Positions 45,845 to 55,003 of a DNA stretch of 64,000 nucleotides are shown in pieces; the stretch's first letter is position 1, and every line of letters starts with the position of its first letter. The notes under the pieces were generated by a model that did not search any database, had not been told where the DNA came from, and saw nothing but the letters and a program-made list of their open reading frames with translations. Both the position numbers and the translations under genes were made by a program. Source of the DNA: an uncultured Streptococcus sp. (GTDB taxonomy: Bacteria; Bacillota; Bacilli; Lactobacillales; Streptococcaceae); contig CABPWC010000001.1 of assembly GCA_902461025.1 (NCBI GenBank), forward strand, positions 1,258 to 65,257, in the 5' to 3' direction.

Positions 45845-47485
45845 TTAAAATTCCCAACTATCAATCATATCTAGGAATTCCCCAACATTTGACTCTTGCA
45901 CTAGTTCCCTCTTGTAAAGAGCAGCTATCAAAGCATGGAAACCATCCGTCTTTCTTCTGACAGGCTCTTTCTTCAAGAAACGCTTATTGCCATCCTTGTC
46001 CTCTTTGACGTAGGTATTATCTGTATACCAAATCATAGAGTTATCGCCCTCAAAGATAAAACGCTCATTTGCAAATCCATCTTCAATGATTGGCGCAACC
46101 TTGGATTGGATAGCCCCTGGATTTCTCAAAAATTCATATTCAAACCCAGCCTCTTCCAAAAGTGGTTTTAACAAATCCATTCTAAAACCATCGGCACATA
46201 CAAGCTCAATCTGATAAAGATTTCTCCATTCTTCCAGCTTGGCTATCAAAAGTCTAGGATCAATACTCGGACCATCAACGATTGTAAAAAGACCTTTTTC
46301 GGCCCATTCTTCAATAGGCGCTTTTAGCTTGAAAGCTTTCAAAAATGATTTCCGTGCAAATGAATGTTGCTTCCAGATGAATTCATCTCCATTCTTAAAT
46401 AGCAAACCGACACTTGCAAAGTCTCGGATGCTAGCATAGTCAAAACCAGCCACACATGACCGACCTTTCAAGTCGATACCAGGAGACCGTAAACAAGCAA
46501 CTAGCTTTTCTCGAGAAGTCACATCTTTCTCAAGGTCCGCTTCAGGAAGGTTCATCCGTTTTGTCATAAACTCCTGACGTCCAGATGGCTCCAACTCAAG
46601 GTCATCATAGTCAGCCTTGGTTCTAGCAAGTAACCTCTTAGCGTAAGGAGTGCTTTCATCCAACATCGGATTTGCTTTCGACCAGTTTTTCATGTCGTCC
46701 ACTTCATCCGCATTGTCAAGCTTGCAGATGAAAGGGAAAAGCCTGAAATCGTCAACCTCTCCATTCAAAATTTGCATAGACTTCTCTATTAGCTTGTCGT
46801 AAAATCCCTCACGCACATACCCATTCGTACCGTTGTAGAAAGTCCGAGCATGAGCGATTTTCCCAAGACCAGACCGTTGAACCTTCACGGCCTTATCATC
46901 TTCAAACTGGTGAATCTCATCAAACTCAAGACAGCCATCACGAGCAGAGTCCATAGTCTTCGGATTGTTCGTCCGAAAAGAAAAGACCGAGTTATTCGCT
47001 CGACCTGTGATAGACATTTTAGTTAGATAGAAATGGTCCTCAAGACCACGCCTTTGGATAGTCTCATAAACCTCCTCAAAGGAAACTTTACCCTGTTTCT
47101 CAGAGTTTGCAGTGATAGTCACATCATAATCTCTGATAGGGTAGATAGGACTGATAAAGAACGAGGACCTGGCGGACATAAAACCATTCTTACCACCCCC
47201 ACGAGCCAGAGTATATAAATGCTCGTCAAAGTGTGGCTCCCCGTCCTCTTTCCTAAAAAGAAAAATGAACGGGGTCAAGAAAAGCTGGTATTTCGCTAGA
47301 GGAAAAAAGTTCTTTTCCGTAAACCGAATGAATTTCTCAATCAGATCATTATCAAAATATAAATCATCGCGAGGATAGATTTTCTCTTTGATGATTTTAA
47401 ACAGCAACTTTCTTTCTTCGTTGACGACGATTTCTCCTCTCTCGGCCATTTTGATGTAGTCATCAATCAACGGATGAGAAATCAT
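45845..47485 (-). CDS. terL: Terminase large subunit
   Basis: ARGGGKN Walker A, FDEIH Walker B, KANP, GFD, KTDG. Confidence 0.92.
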   Translation of the reverse strand: MISHPLIDDYIKMAERGEIVVNEERKLLFKIIKEKIYPRDDLYFDNDLIEKFIRFTEKNFFPLAKYQLFLTPFIFLFRKEDGEPHFDEHLYTLARGGGKNGFMSARSSFFISPIYPIRDYDVTITANSEKQGKVSFEEVYETIQRRGLEDHFYLTKMSITGRANNSVFSFRTNNPKTMDSARDGCLEFDEIHQFEDDKAVKVQRSGLGKIAHARTFYNGTNGYVREGFYDKLIEKSMQILNGEVDDFRLFPFICKLDNADEVDDMKNWSKANPMLDESTPYAKRLLARTKADYDDLELEPSGRQEFMTKRMNLPEADLEKDVTSREKLVACLRSPGIDLKGRSCVAGFDYASIRDFASVGLLFKNGDEFIWKQHSFARKSFLKAFKLKAPIEEWAEKGLFTIVDGPSIDPRLLIAKLEEWRNLYQIELVCADGFRMDLLKPLLEEAGFEYEFLRNPGAIQSKVAPIIEDGFANERFIFEGDNSMIWYTDNTYVKEDKDGNKRFLKKEPVRRKTDGFHALIAALYKRELVQESNVGEFLDMIDSWEF

Positions 47486-47820
47486 AACAGATCACTTCCA
47501 GACGTCGGTTTCTCAACAGGAGAATTTTCAACTTCGAAATCAAACGAGCGCTCAATCGCCAAAAGCTGATTGCTGGTTGTGTTAATTTCCTTGATGAGAG
47601 AATTCGCTTTTTGGAATCTCTGTTGCCCATTGTGAACAGTGATGACCAATCCGTCTTCATGAAGTTTGGCTTTCAGCTCATAGAGTAGCCTGACGAGATA
47701 AAGATAACGATTCACTTTTTCGTACTGGATTGCATCCTTTTTTCTAGGACTGAAATAGCCGATTTTAGAAAGTAGCTGATTTTCTAATTCTTTTATATTT
47801 TTTTCTGAGTATTCTTCCAT
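47482..47820 (-). CDS. terS: Terminase small subunit (P27-like)
   Basis: Directly upstream of terL; EDGLVI..NG.Q..QKAN. Confidence 0.75.
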   Translation of the reverse strand: MEEYSEKNIKELENQLLSKIGYFSPRKKDAIQYEKVNRYLYLVRLLYELKAKLHEDGLVITVHNGQQRFQKANSLIKEINTTSNQLLAIERSFDFEVENSPVEKPTSGSDLL

Positions 47821-47924
47821 TACCCCCCACCCCTTTTAATTTTTCGTTAAAAATTTGGACAGTTGACCCCTCCCACCGGTTCCCAAAACCTTAAAAAGAC
47901 TCGATTTTTTTTGACCGGGGGGTG
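47821..47924. other. Probable cos region
   Basis: G/C-tract-rich intergenic segment between HNH and terS; exact cohesive end not determinable by eye. Confidence 0.5.
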
Positions 47925-48242
47925 TTATTCTCCCCAAAATTCATCCGTCCTGAAATTCTTATCTTGCATTTTTTTTGATTTTCGGAACTGAAAACGTCCG
48001 TGTCTCTTATTGTGACACTCTTTACATAATGTTCTGAGGTTATCTATATCAAGAGCGAACTCTGGATAGAACTCTAGTTCTTTGATATGGTCAACCTCTA
48101 GGTTCTCTGTTGTGACTTTGCCTTCTTCTCTGCACCAAACACATTCGTAGTGATCACGTTCAAGTGCTTGCTCTCTCAAAATTCTCCAAGCTTGTGATGC
48201 ATAAAATAATGCTCGTGCAGCTCTAGTACTTACATCAATCAT
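47925..48242 (-). CDS. Terminase-associated HNH endonuclease
   Basis: CVWC..VDHI..NLRTLCKECHNKRH. Confidence 0.9.
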   Translation of the reverse strand: MIDVSTRAARALFYASQAWRILREQALERDHYECVWCREEGKVTTENLEVDHIKELEFYPEFALDIDNLRTLCKECHNKRHGRFQFRKSKKMQDKNFRTDEFWGE

Positions 48243-48248
48243 AAATGT

Positions 48249-48389
48249 TTAAAATTGGTTTCTAATCTTTTTCCATTCTGAAGGAGAGAAAAAAATATTT
48301 TCAAACGAAAATTTCTTTTTTAAAAAACTTTCTTTGACTCTGTACATTGCCAATCCTTGTTTAACATCTACTACATCTACAAACTCCAT
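48249..48389 (-). CDS. 46-aa hypothetical protein
   Basis: AAAGGTGA RBS; MEFVDVVDVKQGLAMYRVKESFLKKKFSFENIFFSPSEWKKIRNQF. Confidence 0.4.
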   Translation of the reverse strand: MEFVDVVDVKQGLAMYRVKESFLKKKFSFENIFFSPSEWKKIRNQF

Positions 48390-48572
48390 TTCCGATTCAC
48401 CTTTCATAACTTTGTAAACCTCACTATTTTTACTCTCTCAATTCCTTGTTTTACATATTCTAGTGAATTCGATACATACATAATAACTCAGATTCATCAA
48501 GCATTTATCTTGTGTGTATGAAATGAAATCATCATAACCTCAAAATAATGAATTGATTATAAAATTAAAAAA

Positions 48573-49139
48573 TTAAAAGCCTTGAAACTTAGTCATGGCT
48601 CTGTCTTGTGAATCTTGGTTTTTGCCTATGTATCTCAGTGAAATACTCTGGCTTGAGTGGTTCAGTAGGTCCATTATCAGAGCGACATCCTTGGTTTGTT
48701 CGTACATGAATAAGCCAAAGGTCTTTCTCATCGAGTGAGTAGCTATGTTTTCTAGACCAACTTCTTCAGCAGCTTTCTTTATGATCTTGTAAGCTGTGTT
48801 AGGTTTTATATGCTGATGCTTTCCGTTTCGGCTTGGAAAGAGGAAGTCTTCATCTTTCTTATCTTTGATGTACTGCCTCATAGCATTCTTGAATTTCTTT
48901 GGCATCTTTCGTTTGGTTGGCTTGTCTGTCTTTTCATCGACGATCTGGACATGCCAACCTTTAACGTGCTTTACCTTCAGTTTAACGATATCGCCAATAC
49001 GAAATCCCAAATTAACACCAGAAAGGAAGAGCATGAGGTTTCGTTGTCTATCTGACTCTTTGACTGCACTATGCAACGTCAGCCATTCAATCATAAGCTG
49101 AACATCATCTCTATTTCTGATTGGTTCAACAACTACCAC
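48573..49139 (-). CDS. Second, catalytic-domain-only tyrosine recombinase
   Basis: GFRIGD, THSMRKT, LNHS, LRYIG give a complete R-HxxR-H-Y set in 188 aa. Confidence 0.88.
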   Translation of the reverse strand: MVVVEPIRNRDDVQLMIEWLTLHSAVKESDRQRNLMLFLSGVNLGFRIGDIVKLKVKHVKGWHVQIVDEKTDKPTKRKMPKKFKNAMRQYIKDKKDEDFLFPSRNGKHQHIKPNTAYKIIKKAAEEVGLENIATHSMRKTFGLFMYEQTKDVALIMDLLNHSSQSISLRYIGKNQDSQDRAMTKFQGF

Positions 49140-49165
49140 ATATCCTCACCTCCTTTTTAATGCAC

Positions 49166-49192
49166 AAAAAAAGCAGAGATTCCCTCTCTGCT
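49166..49192 (-). terminator. Terminator just downstream of the putative late promoter
   Basis: AGCAGAGA/TCTCTGCT stem plus U-tract on the minus strand. Confidence 0.65.
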
Positions 49193-49202
49193 ATTCTTCA
49201 CG

Positions 49203-49252
49203 ATACTAATTTATCACATTCTATTTGTCAATTCTATATGTTTTTTTGACAA
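49203..49252 (-). promoter_or_regulatory. Putative late promoter with inverted repeat
   Basis: TTGACA (49231-49226)-17 bp-TAGTAT (49208-49203); TTGTCAA-N14-TTGACAA inverted repeat. Confidence 0.55.
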
Positions 49253-49254
49253 CT

Positions 49255-49719
49255 TTACATAAAGAGCAAATTTGAAAGTGTATCGAGAATCACTTCACGT
49301 CTTCTGTAAATCTGCTTGCTGTGTCTATACAAGTACCCAGTTTCTCCGTTTTCCATGATGTGCCAAACTTGAATCCAGTCGTATCCAGTATGTTCTCCCC
49401 ATCGAAGATAAAAGATTTTTTTGTCATCTGGTTCTAGATTCTCTAGTAATTTTGAAATAGCGTTTTGGAGATTTTCTAATCTTAAAATCATAGGGTCGCT
49501 TGCATAAGCAACCGCTAGATTCTCCGACCTGTTGACGAACGTCCCACTGCCACTTGCTCCAGTATCATCAATACTAGGAACAGTAAGATGCTTGACTTCG
49601 TACAAACGTTCTAGCTCATGCCTTCGTTGGCCGATAAGTTTGTCAATCATTAAATATTTATCATCGAGTTCAAACTCAAGATAATCTCTTCTTGCCTTTG
49701 TTAAGTTCTTTTTGCCCAA
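49255..49719 (-). CDS. RinA/ArpU-like late transcriptional activator
   Basis: Last early gene; E..A..Y..DP.IL.L and KKIFYLRW pattern. Confidence 0.7.
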   Translation of the reverse strand: MGKKNLTKARRDYLEFELDDKYLMIDKLIGQRRHELERLYEVKHLTVPSIDDTGASGSGTFVNRSENLAVAYASDPMILRLENLQNAISKLLENLEPDDKKIFYLRWGEHTGYDWIQVWHIMENGETGYLYRHSKQIYRRREVILDTLSNLLFM

Positions 49720-50054
49720 ACCTTACCTCCCATGTATCTTTTGGATCTAACCCATTTGATAATTTTACCATCGTTATTGTTATTGTGATAATCTGGCAGT
49801 CTTGCTGTTGGACTTTCTTTATAGACCACTTTTTCGACTACCTGGATTGCAGGCATCGTTTCATCATCTATCCACCCAACTAACCATGCAGGGTTTACAT
49901 CATAAGTTTTAGCAATCGTTTCAATTTGCTTAATAGATGGATATCCACCTCGCTCATACAAATGAATTGTATTTTGTGAAACACCTGTTTCTTTTGCCAT
50001 CTGTACTACAGAGAGACACAGGTCCTCTCTAAGTTCTTTCAATCTTAGCTGCAT
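49701..50054 (-). CDS. XRE family HTH protein
   Basis: RLKELR..MAKETGVSQNTI..YERG..P..IA..V...WLVG. Confidence 0.8.
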   Translation of the reverse strand: MQLRLKELREDLCLSVVQMAKETGVSQNTIHLYERGGYPSIKQIETIAKTYDVNPAWLVGWIDDETMPAIQVVEKVVYKESPTARLPDYHNNNNDGKIIKWVRSKRYMGGKVWAKRT

Positions 50055-50055
50055 G

Positions 50056-50439
50056 CTATAAACCTCCTTTCTGAGTAACTATTTTGATAAATTCTTCCAG
50101 GCAAATGTTCGACCAAATGAAATGATTGCTTTCTAAAAGCTTCTCGATCCCCATTTTTTCAATTCTTTGATAAGGCCTGATTTTAAACAGCGCTTGATTT
50201 TGTTTCGAAAACCTAGTTCCTTTTACTGGTAATGTTGCTATAAAAGATAATGCTTCGCCATAAGCGCGAATTACACATTTTGCTAATATATCACTATTTT
50301 CCCCTTCTCTAACAACAATTGACACATTAATTGGTTCGTAATTTAAAACCTCAGCGAATTTGACTCTATCTTGTTTGTTATCTGTCTTTTGAGAGCCTGA
50401 ATATGGGTATTTTTTAGGTTTCATTGCCTGTCCTTTCAA
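50056..50439 (-). CDS. Hypothetical phage protein
   Basis: In-operon ORF with PKKYPYSG N-terminus. Confidence 0.6.
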   Translation of the reverse strand: MKGQAMKPKKYPYSGSQKTDNKQDRVKFAEVLNYEPINVSIVVREGENSDILAKCVIRAYGEALSFIATLPVKGTRFSKQNQALFKIRPYQRIEKMGIEKLLESNHFIWSNICLEEFIKIVTQKGGL

Positions 50440-50600
50440 ATAATCTTGCCATCAAAGACTAAAGTAATCGTACCTGTCCCATCTTGATGTTTAGATACTA
50501 ACGCTTGACAATCTGAACCGAGCTCGATTCCTTCAATCGTGATGCTTCGTTTCATGTTGTTAACGTTGACGATTGCGCCATTCGATGTTTTAATTCTCAT
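50436..50600 (-). CDS. 54-aa hypothetical phage protein (below cutoff)
   Basis: GAGGTGGAG RBS; MRIKTSNGAIVNVNNMKRSITIEGIELGSD...; fills the gap. Confidence 0.65.
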   Translation of the reverse strand: MRIKTSNGAIVNVNNMKRSITIEGIELGSDCQALVSKHQDGTGTITLVFDGKII

Positions 50601-50988
50601 TCTCCACCTCTAGAAGTTCTTGATTTTCGTAGATGTTCCCAATGACTTTGTAATAATGCGGTAGGAATCTCTTTGCGATGTCAATCCGATAGGTGCGACT
50701 TAGACCATCGCCGTACCAGCGACCTTTGTCTTTGTCATATTTGACAATAAAGGTATATTCTGTCTGTATCTGATGATGTAAGATATCACCTTCAAAAACT
50801 TCTGTACCTTCCTTGTCACAAAGACCAGTTGACTGCATGAGTTCGATTTCGTCGGCATGTGTATTAGTTCCAAGATCTCTTCCACGAAACAACACAGTTG
50901 TGACATTCCCTTCGTCATCAAAACGTATCCGTTTAACTTTACCCATTTCCTCCCACGTCTTGTGCCACGCTCTAAATTTTGGTATCAT
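50590..50988 (-). CDS. YopX family protein
   Basis: KFRAW, MQSTGL.DK.G.E.FEGDI, VIGNIYEN. Confidence 0.9.
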   Translation of the reverse strand: MIPKFRAWHKTWEEMGKVKRIRFDDEGNVTTVLFRGRDLGTNTHADEIELMQSTGLCDKEGTEVFEGDILHHQIQTEYTFIVKYDKDKGRWYGDGLSRTYRIDIAKRFLPHYYKVIGNIYENQELLEVENEN

Positions 50989-51466
50989 CTGGCAAATCCT
51001 CCTCTTTCACGAACGAACCATCAATCCAGCGACCTTTACGGTCTTTGATTTCCTGGTATGCTAGTTCAAAGCATTCATCAAAATCATAACCAAGATTTTT
51101 CAGATAACCAATGCAGCGTACTAGATTATGCCTACACAATTCCTTGCTAGCAAATCCTTGTGAGAGTTGAAATTCACTAATATTTGCATTGATAGAGACG
51201 AAACATTCCATCACATCTTTTTTGATGATACTATCAGACTCTTTAAAAATCTGATTGACATCCTCTTTGATTAATAGTGCTAGTCCTACAATCACGACTG
51301 CACAATCACCGATACTATCCTTGGTCACTTTCTCATTTTTTTTGAGGTAACCAGCGCATAGCTCACCAAATTCTTCGCTGAGTTTCAAAGACTGCTTATC
51401 TAATCGTCCACCGTTTTCCAGGTCGCGATCAATAAACCATTTTTTTACATTCTCTAGTGTGTTCAT
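50972..51466 (-). CDS. MazG-like nucleotide pyrophosphohydrolase
   Basis: KLSEEFGEL, DSIGD, AYQEIKDRKG. Confidence 0.8.
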   Translation of the reverse strand: MNTLENVKKWFIDRDLENGGRLDKQSLKLSEEFGELCAGYLKKNEKVTKDSIGDCAVVIVGLALLIKEDVNQIFKESDSIIKKDVMECFVSINANISEFQLSQGFASKELCRHNLVRCIGYLKNLGYDFDECFELAYQEIKDRKGRWIDGSFVKEEDLPDDTKI

Positions 51467-51474
51467 GTTTTACC

Positions 51475-51876
51475 CTACATTTCTTCTAAATCAAAGTATT
51501 CTGTCAGCTTACTCTTCAATTCCTCTAGAGTTTCACATCGTTCAATTAAAACCGACACATCGTATTGTGTATCCACTTTATTCAGCGTGTTCTCTGCCAC
51601 TGCGTCTGCTACCCATTTCGGATTAGTGCCAGCGCGAGAGAATTGATCTTGGGGCAGTAGCTCTAGTAATGCTTCATATCGTTCTTCTAGTGAAGTCAAA
51701 GCACCAAGCGTGTCAATAAATGCAGTATCCGATTTTCTTTTTTCAAAAATTTCTGGGTAATTTTCTTCTGCAATCTCTGCGTAAATAGCAGACCATTCTT
51801 CGTCTGAAAAATGTGATTTTTCAACTAGTGCACCGTATTCGATTTCTTTTCCATTGATTTTAGTTTTGTATTTCAT
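51475..51876 (-). CDS. Hypothetical acidic phage protein
   Basis: Coupled 133-aa ORF. Confidence 0.65.
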   Translation of the reverse strand: MKYKTKINGKEIEYGALVEKSHFSDEEWSAIYAEIAEENYPEIFEKRKSDTAFIDTLGALTSLEERYEALLELLPQDQFSRAGTNPKWVADAVAENTLNKVDTQYDVSVLIERCETLEELKSKLTEYFDLEEM

Positions 51877-52109
51877 AATTTTACCTCTTTTCCAATTTCT
51901 GTATTGTTGTACTTCTGTTCACTCACCACAAACACATTCCCGTTAACCGTGATAGTGAAAAGACTTCCGATTTTTCGTTTTTCCGTAACCTTGCCAGTGA
52001 TTGCGTATTTACTATCAGCGTGATAAACCAGTAAGGGTTTCTGTGCTTCACGTTGCATGAATAGCAAGCAAGTAGTAAGTAAGGCATAGCCGATTAAGAA
52101 GCGTTTCAT
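51873..52109 (-). CDS. DUF1372 family protein
   Basis: N-terminal hydrophobic helix, ITGKVTEK..IG.L.TITV..G.F.V. Confidence 0.7.
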   Translation of the reverse strand: MKRFLIGYALLTTCLLFMQREAQKPLLVYHADSKYAITGKVTEKRKIGSLFTITVNGNVFVVSEQKYNNTEIGKEVKL

Positions 52110-52112
52110 TGC

Positions 52113-52559
52113 TCAACCTCCTAAATTTCTAAATGGAACTTCCCATTGATAATTATCATATTCATAACAAAGGTCTTTGATAATTTTACCTTTTGAGATT
52201 TCAATTTCCTGTGTGAATTCCATTCCACATTCAAATGTAAAGATTTTAATATCAACATCAAACTTACTTGAAATTTCTTGATAATTTTCTGGAATAGCAC
52301 TCCACGCTTGCTTGAAATTATCCAATTCAACAATACAGAATTCTTCTTCAAGCCAAACTTCTATTTGTTTTTGATGAATAAATGCTCGTCTTGTTCCATT
52401 AATGTAAAAATAGGGATCTGTGTTGTTGAATATAAGCAGAACGCCATCCCATTTATCTTCTAGCGTCACAGTGTCGTTTAATAGCATTTGTTTTAATGCT
52501 GATGCAATATTTTCGCTTCTTCCTCTTAATTTAAGAGATCCTTCGGCCCAATTTGGCAT
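52113..52559 (-). CDS. Hypothetical phage protein (MPNW-start family)
   Basis: MPNWAEGSLKLRG, FKQAW, FECGMEF. Confidence 0.65.
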   Translation of the reverse strand: MPNWAEGSLKLRGRSENIASALKQMLLNDTVTLEDKWDGVLLIFNNTDPYFYINGTRRAFIHQKQIEVWLEEEFCIVELDNFKQAWSAIPENYQEISSKFDVDIKIFTFECGMEFTQEIEISKGKIIKDLCYEYDNYQWEVPFRNLGG

Positions 52560-52825
52560 TATCCTTCCACCTCCTCAGCATTTTTAAGAGTAAATCCAAC
52601 TCCATACATTAACAGATAACTTTGAAGTCTTACAAAGTCTTCAATCAATTCTGCTTCTTGCACATCGTATTCGGCGATTTCATCCAAAAAATGTTCTATG
52701 TCATCATGTTGTACACTGCCGTACTCTGTTCTTGTGTGATTCATTTCAACTTCGTAACCATCTACATCAATTGTGTAATGAATACCGTCTTCCGAATTAT
52801 TGTATTTATAATTTTTAATAATCAT
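52559..52825 (-). CDS. Hypothetical acidic phage protein
   Basis: Coupled 88-aa ORF. Confidence 0.6.
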   Translation of the reverse strand: MIIKNYKYNNSEDGIHYTIDVDGYEVEMNHTRTEYGSVQHDDIEHFLDEIAEYDVQEAELIEDFVRLQSYLLMYGVGFTLKNAEEVEG

Positions 52826-53349
52826 TCTTCCACCTCCTCGATCTCAATCCCTTCACAAGAGAAGACCCATCCGAACCCAACTTCTTCGAGTTCTTTGCGG
52901 GTGAATTCGCTTCTTAATCTGCTTTGTAAAAATCCCAAGAAATTCTCATCTTTAACACTTACAAGATACTGATCTATTGCTTTTAACTTTACCAAATACC
53001 TTTTTTCTTTATTGACTTCGTAGCCGTCAAGTATGGCTTTTATCAATCTTTTTCTGTTTTTAGGTAGTCTAGCTTCTCTCGTTAAATGTTTTAATTCTGT
53101 GCCGTCTTTATCCGTTAAGTGATACCCCCAGCCAGTTCTCGAAACATAATATAAAGCCGTTGTAACATCAAAATCATATCTAAAATCAAACGTTTCAAGG
53201 AATTTTGCTTCTTCCTCAGACACTTTGACTTTTTCAGGTTCTAGTTGTTTAATTGTATTGATGATTCTGTTTACATCAATACAATTTATAAATTGACTTT
53301 TATTTTCTTTTAAGGCATTACAATAATCAATCAACTCTTTTTTATTCAT
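52822..53349 (-). CDS. DUF1642 family protein
   Basis: A.LDGYEV.KEKRYLVK and FTRKELEE.GFGWVF. Confidence 0.75.
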   Translation of the reverse strand: MNKKELIDYCNALKENKSQFINCIDVNRIINTIKQLEPEKVKVSEEEAKFLETFDFRYDFDVTTALYYVSRTGWGYHLTDKDGTELKHLTREARLPKNRKRLIKAILDGYEVNKEKRYLVKLKAIDQYLVSVKDENFLGFLQSRLRSEFTRKELEEVGFGWVFSCEGIEIEEVEE

Positions 53350-53644
53350 CTTCCGATTCCTCCATTTCTACTCCTAATTCAACAAGTTCTTGCTTTAGCG
53401 TTTCGATTCGATTCTGGATGGTTTCTGTGATTAGACTAGACAATATCTCATCTGCTTTGATTTCTTTTGAAAGAAATCCATAAGCCGTTTTAAGAATATA
53501 ATTAGTCTCTTTCTTTGTAATACTAAGCTCATTCCAGCACTTGCGTTTAACCTCTAAGAAATATTTGTACTCTTTAATCAAATGCATGATATGTCTAGCT
53601 TTGTTTAAGTCTTCAAGCTTCATCTTCACAAACTCCTTTTTCAT
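53342..53644 (-). CDS. Hypothetical phage protein
   Basis: Coupled ORF ending ELVELGVE. Confidence 0.6.
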   Translation of the reverse strand: MKKEFVKMKLEDLNKARHIMHLIKEYKYFLEVKRKCWNELSITKKETNYILKTAYGFLSKEIKADEILSSLITETIQNRIETLKQELVELGVEMEESEDE

Positions 53645-55003
53645 TTATGCTGCTTTTGATACTAATTTCGTTTGCTTCATCCATTCATTGGCTATGTCCC
53701 AGACATCGCTTGGGACATCTTCGTTATACTTTCCACGAAACTGGACTATCTTACCCTGCTTTACCTCAAGTGTGTAAAGAGGTGTTTTTGGTTGATTTGA
53801 TAAACGGACAAACACTATTAAGGTGTCCCCTTTGAAGTGCTTATCTGTGTATGAGCTTACACAGTGATGTAGCTTCTTGCCTTCGTAGATCAGTTCGGCC
53901 ACTTTTATAGGGACATGGAATGCGTAACCGTGGATGGTCCTATCCATTCCTTTTTTAAGTTTAAACTCAGCTTCAAGTTGCTTGCGTTTCTTCTTATCTT
54001 CCAGTTTGCGTCTTTCTTCAACGAATTTATTGTATAATCCAACCGTGTGATTATGCATGGACGTGAAATCCTTTGGCACAAGCATAGCATCGCCTTCAGG
54101 CTCAATTCCCATTTCTCGTAGCATTTTGAGATAATCAAGATACTCATTGAATTCAATGTGATACTTAATAACCCATTTCTGAAACTTATTGATCCCTACA
54201 CCTTTTGGTATGTGCTTGATATCGTGGTAAGTCAGATAAGACTCGATACCAGGTACTAGCTGGCCGTTCCGTTCTTTTAATCGACGGCTCAACTCAAATT
54301 CGTTAAAGCTGCGATTTGAGTTCTTAAAGAATTGTTTATTCTTTTGAAGCCATCTACGGTTCAAGGTTCGCATATCTACGGTTCTTGTAAATCCGATTCT
54401 ATAATTCGGAAACATGATTTCGTTGGCCAACCTGTAAGCATGAATCTTTTGAGCAAACTCGATTTCAAACTTATATTTATAAAGTCGTTCAATTTCCCAA
54501 AAATAGATATTATCGAATTCCAAATATTTGAGTTCGGATACTTTTTGAAGTCTCTTTTCCCAGTTGTTTGGATAAAAAATATTTCCTGTGTAAAAACCGC
54601 CACTAAACGAATTAGCGAATAGATACGGATAAAATTGTCCGTTGTAATCTTGGCCAATCTTTGTGTGTTTGTCATTTTCAAATCGCTCTAGATTAGTAAG
54701 TTGAAAATTGATAAATTGTTTTCCTTCAACCAGCTTCGAGCTAAATTCATAAGATTGAATCTCGATGCGTTTCGAGGTGCTGAGAATGATAGAGAAAAAG
54801 TAGGTCTTGTCATAAAAAGTGAGCCGTGATGACTTTGTCAGTCGCTTCTCGATACAATGGCCAAGGTTCAAATCTGAAGCGATTATGGTCTTGCCCTTAT
54901 TGATCCATTTGTACGTTGTGATTTGCGAGTAGCACCATCTCCAGAAATCTGCAGGTGGTTTCAGTCGTCTGTCAGCTTCTCGTTTGCATTGTTCATATTT
55001 CAT
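53645..55003 (-). CDS. PcfJ domain protein
   Basis: YLDYLKM, PKDF..MH, ELIYEGKKLHHCVSSY, YTLEV, QFRG. Confidence 0.85.
   Translation of the reverse strand: MKYEQCKREADRRLKPPADFWRWCYSQITTYKWINKGKTIIASDLNLGHCIEKRLTKSSRLTFYDKTYFFSIILSTSKRIEIQSYEFSSKLVEGKQFINFQLTNLERFENDKHTKIGQDYNGQFYPYLFANSFSGGFYTGNIFYPNNWEKRLQKVSELKYLEFDNIYFWEIERLYKYKFEIEFAQKIHAYRLANEIMFPNYRIGFTRTVDMRTLNRRWLQKNKQFFKNSNRSFNEFELSRRLKERNGQLVPGIESYLTYHDIKHIPKGVGINKFQKWVIKYHIEFNEYLDYLKMLREMGIEPEGDAMLVPKDFTSMHNHTVGLYNKFVEERRKLEDKKKRKQLEAEFKLKKGMDRTIHGYAFHVPIKVAELIYEGKKLHHCVSSYTDKHFKGDTLIVFVRLSNQPKTPLYTLEVKQGKIVQFRGKYNEDVPSDVWDIANEWMKQTKLVSKAA

Noticed and set aside
47878..47889. GGTTCCCAAAAC resembling the end of a type II-A CRISPR repeat (possible RNA anti-CRISPR)
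   Set aside because: Match too short, and it lies in the probable cos region; no array or cas genes in the window
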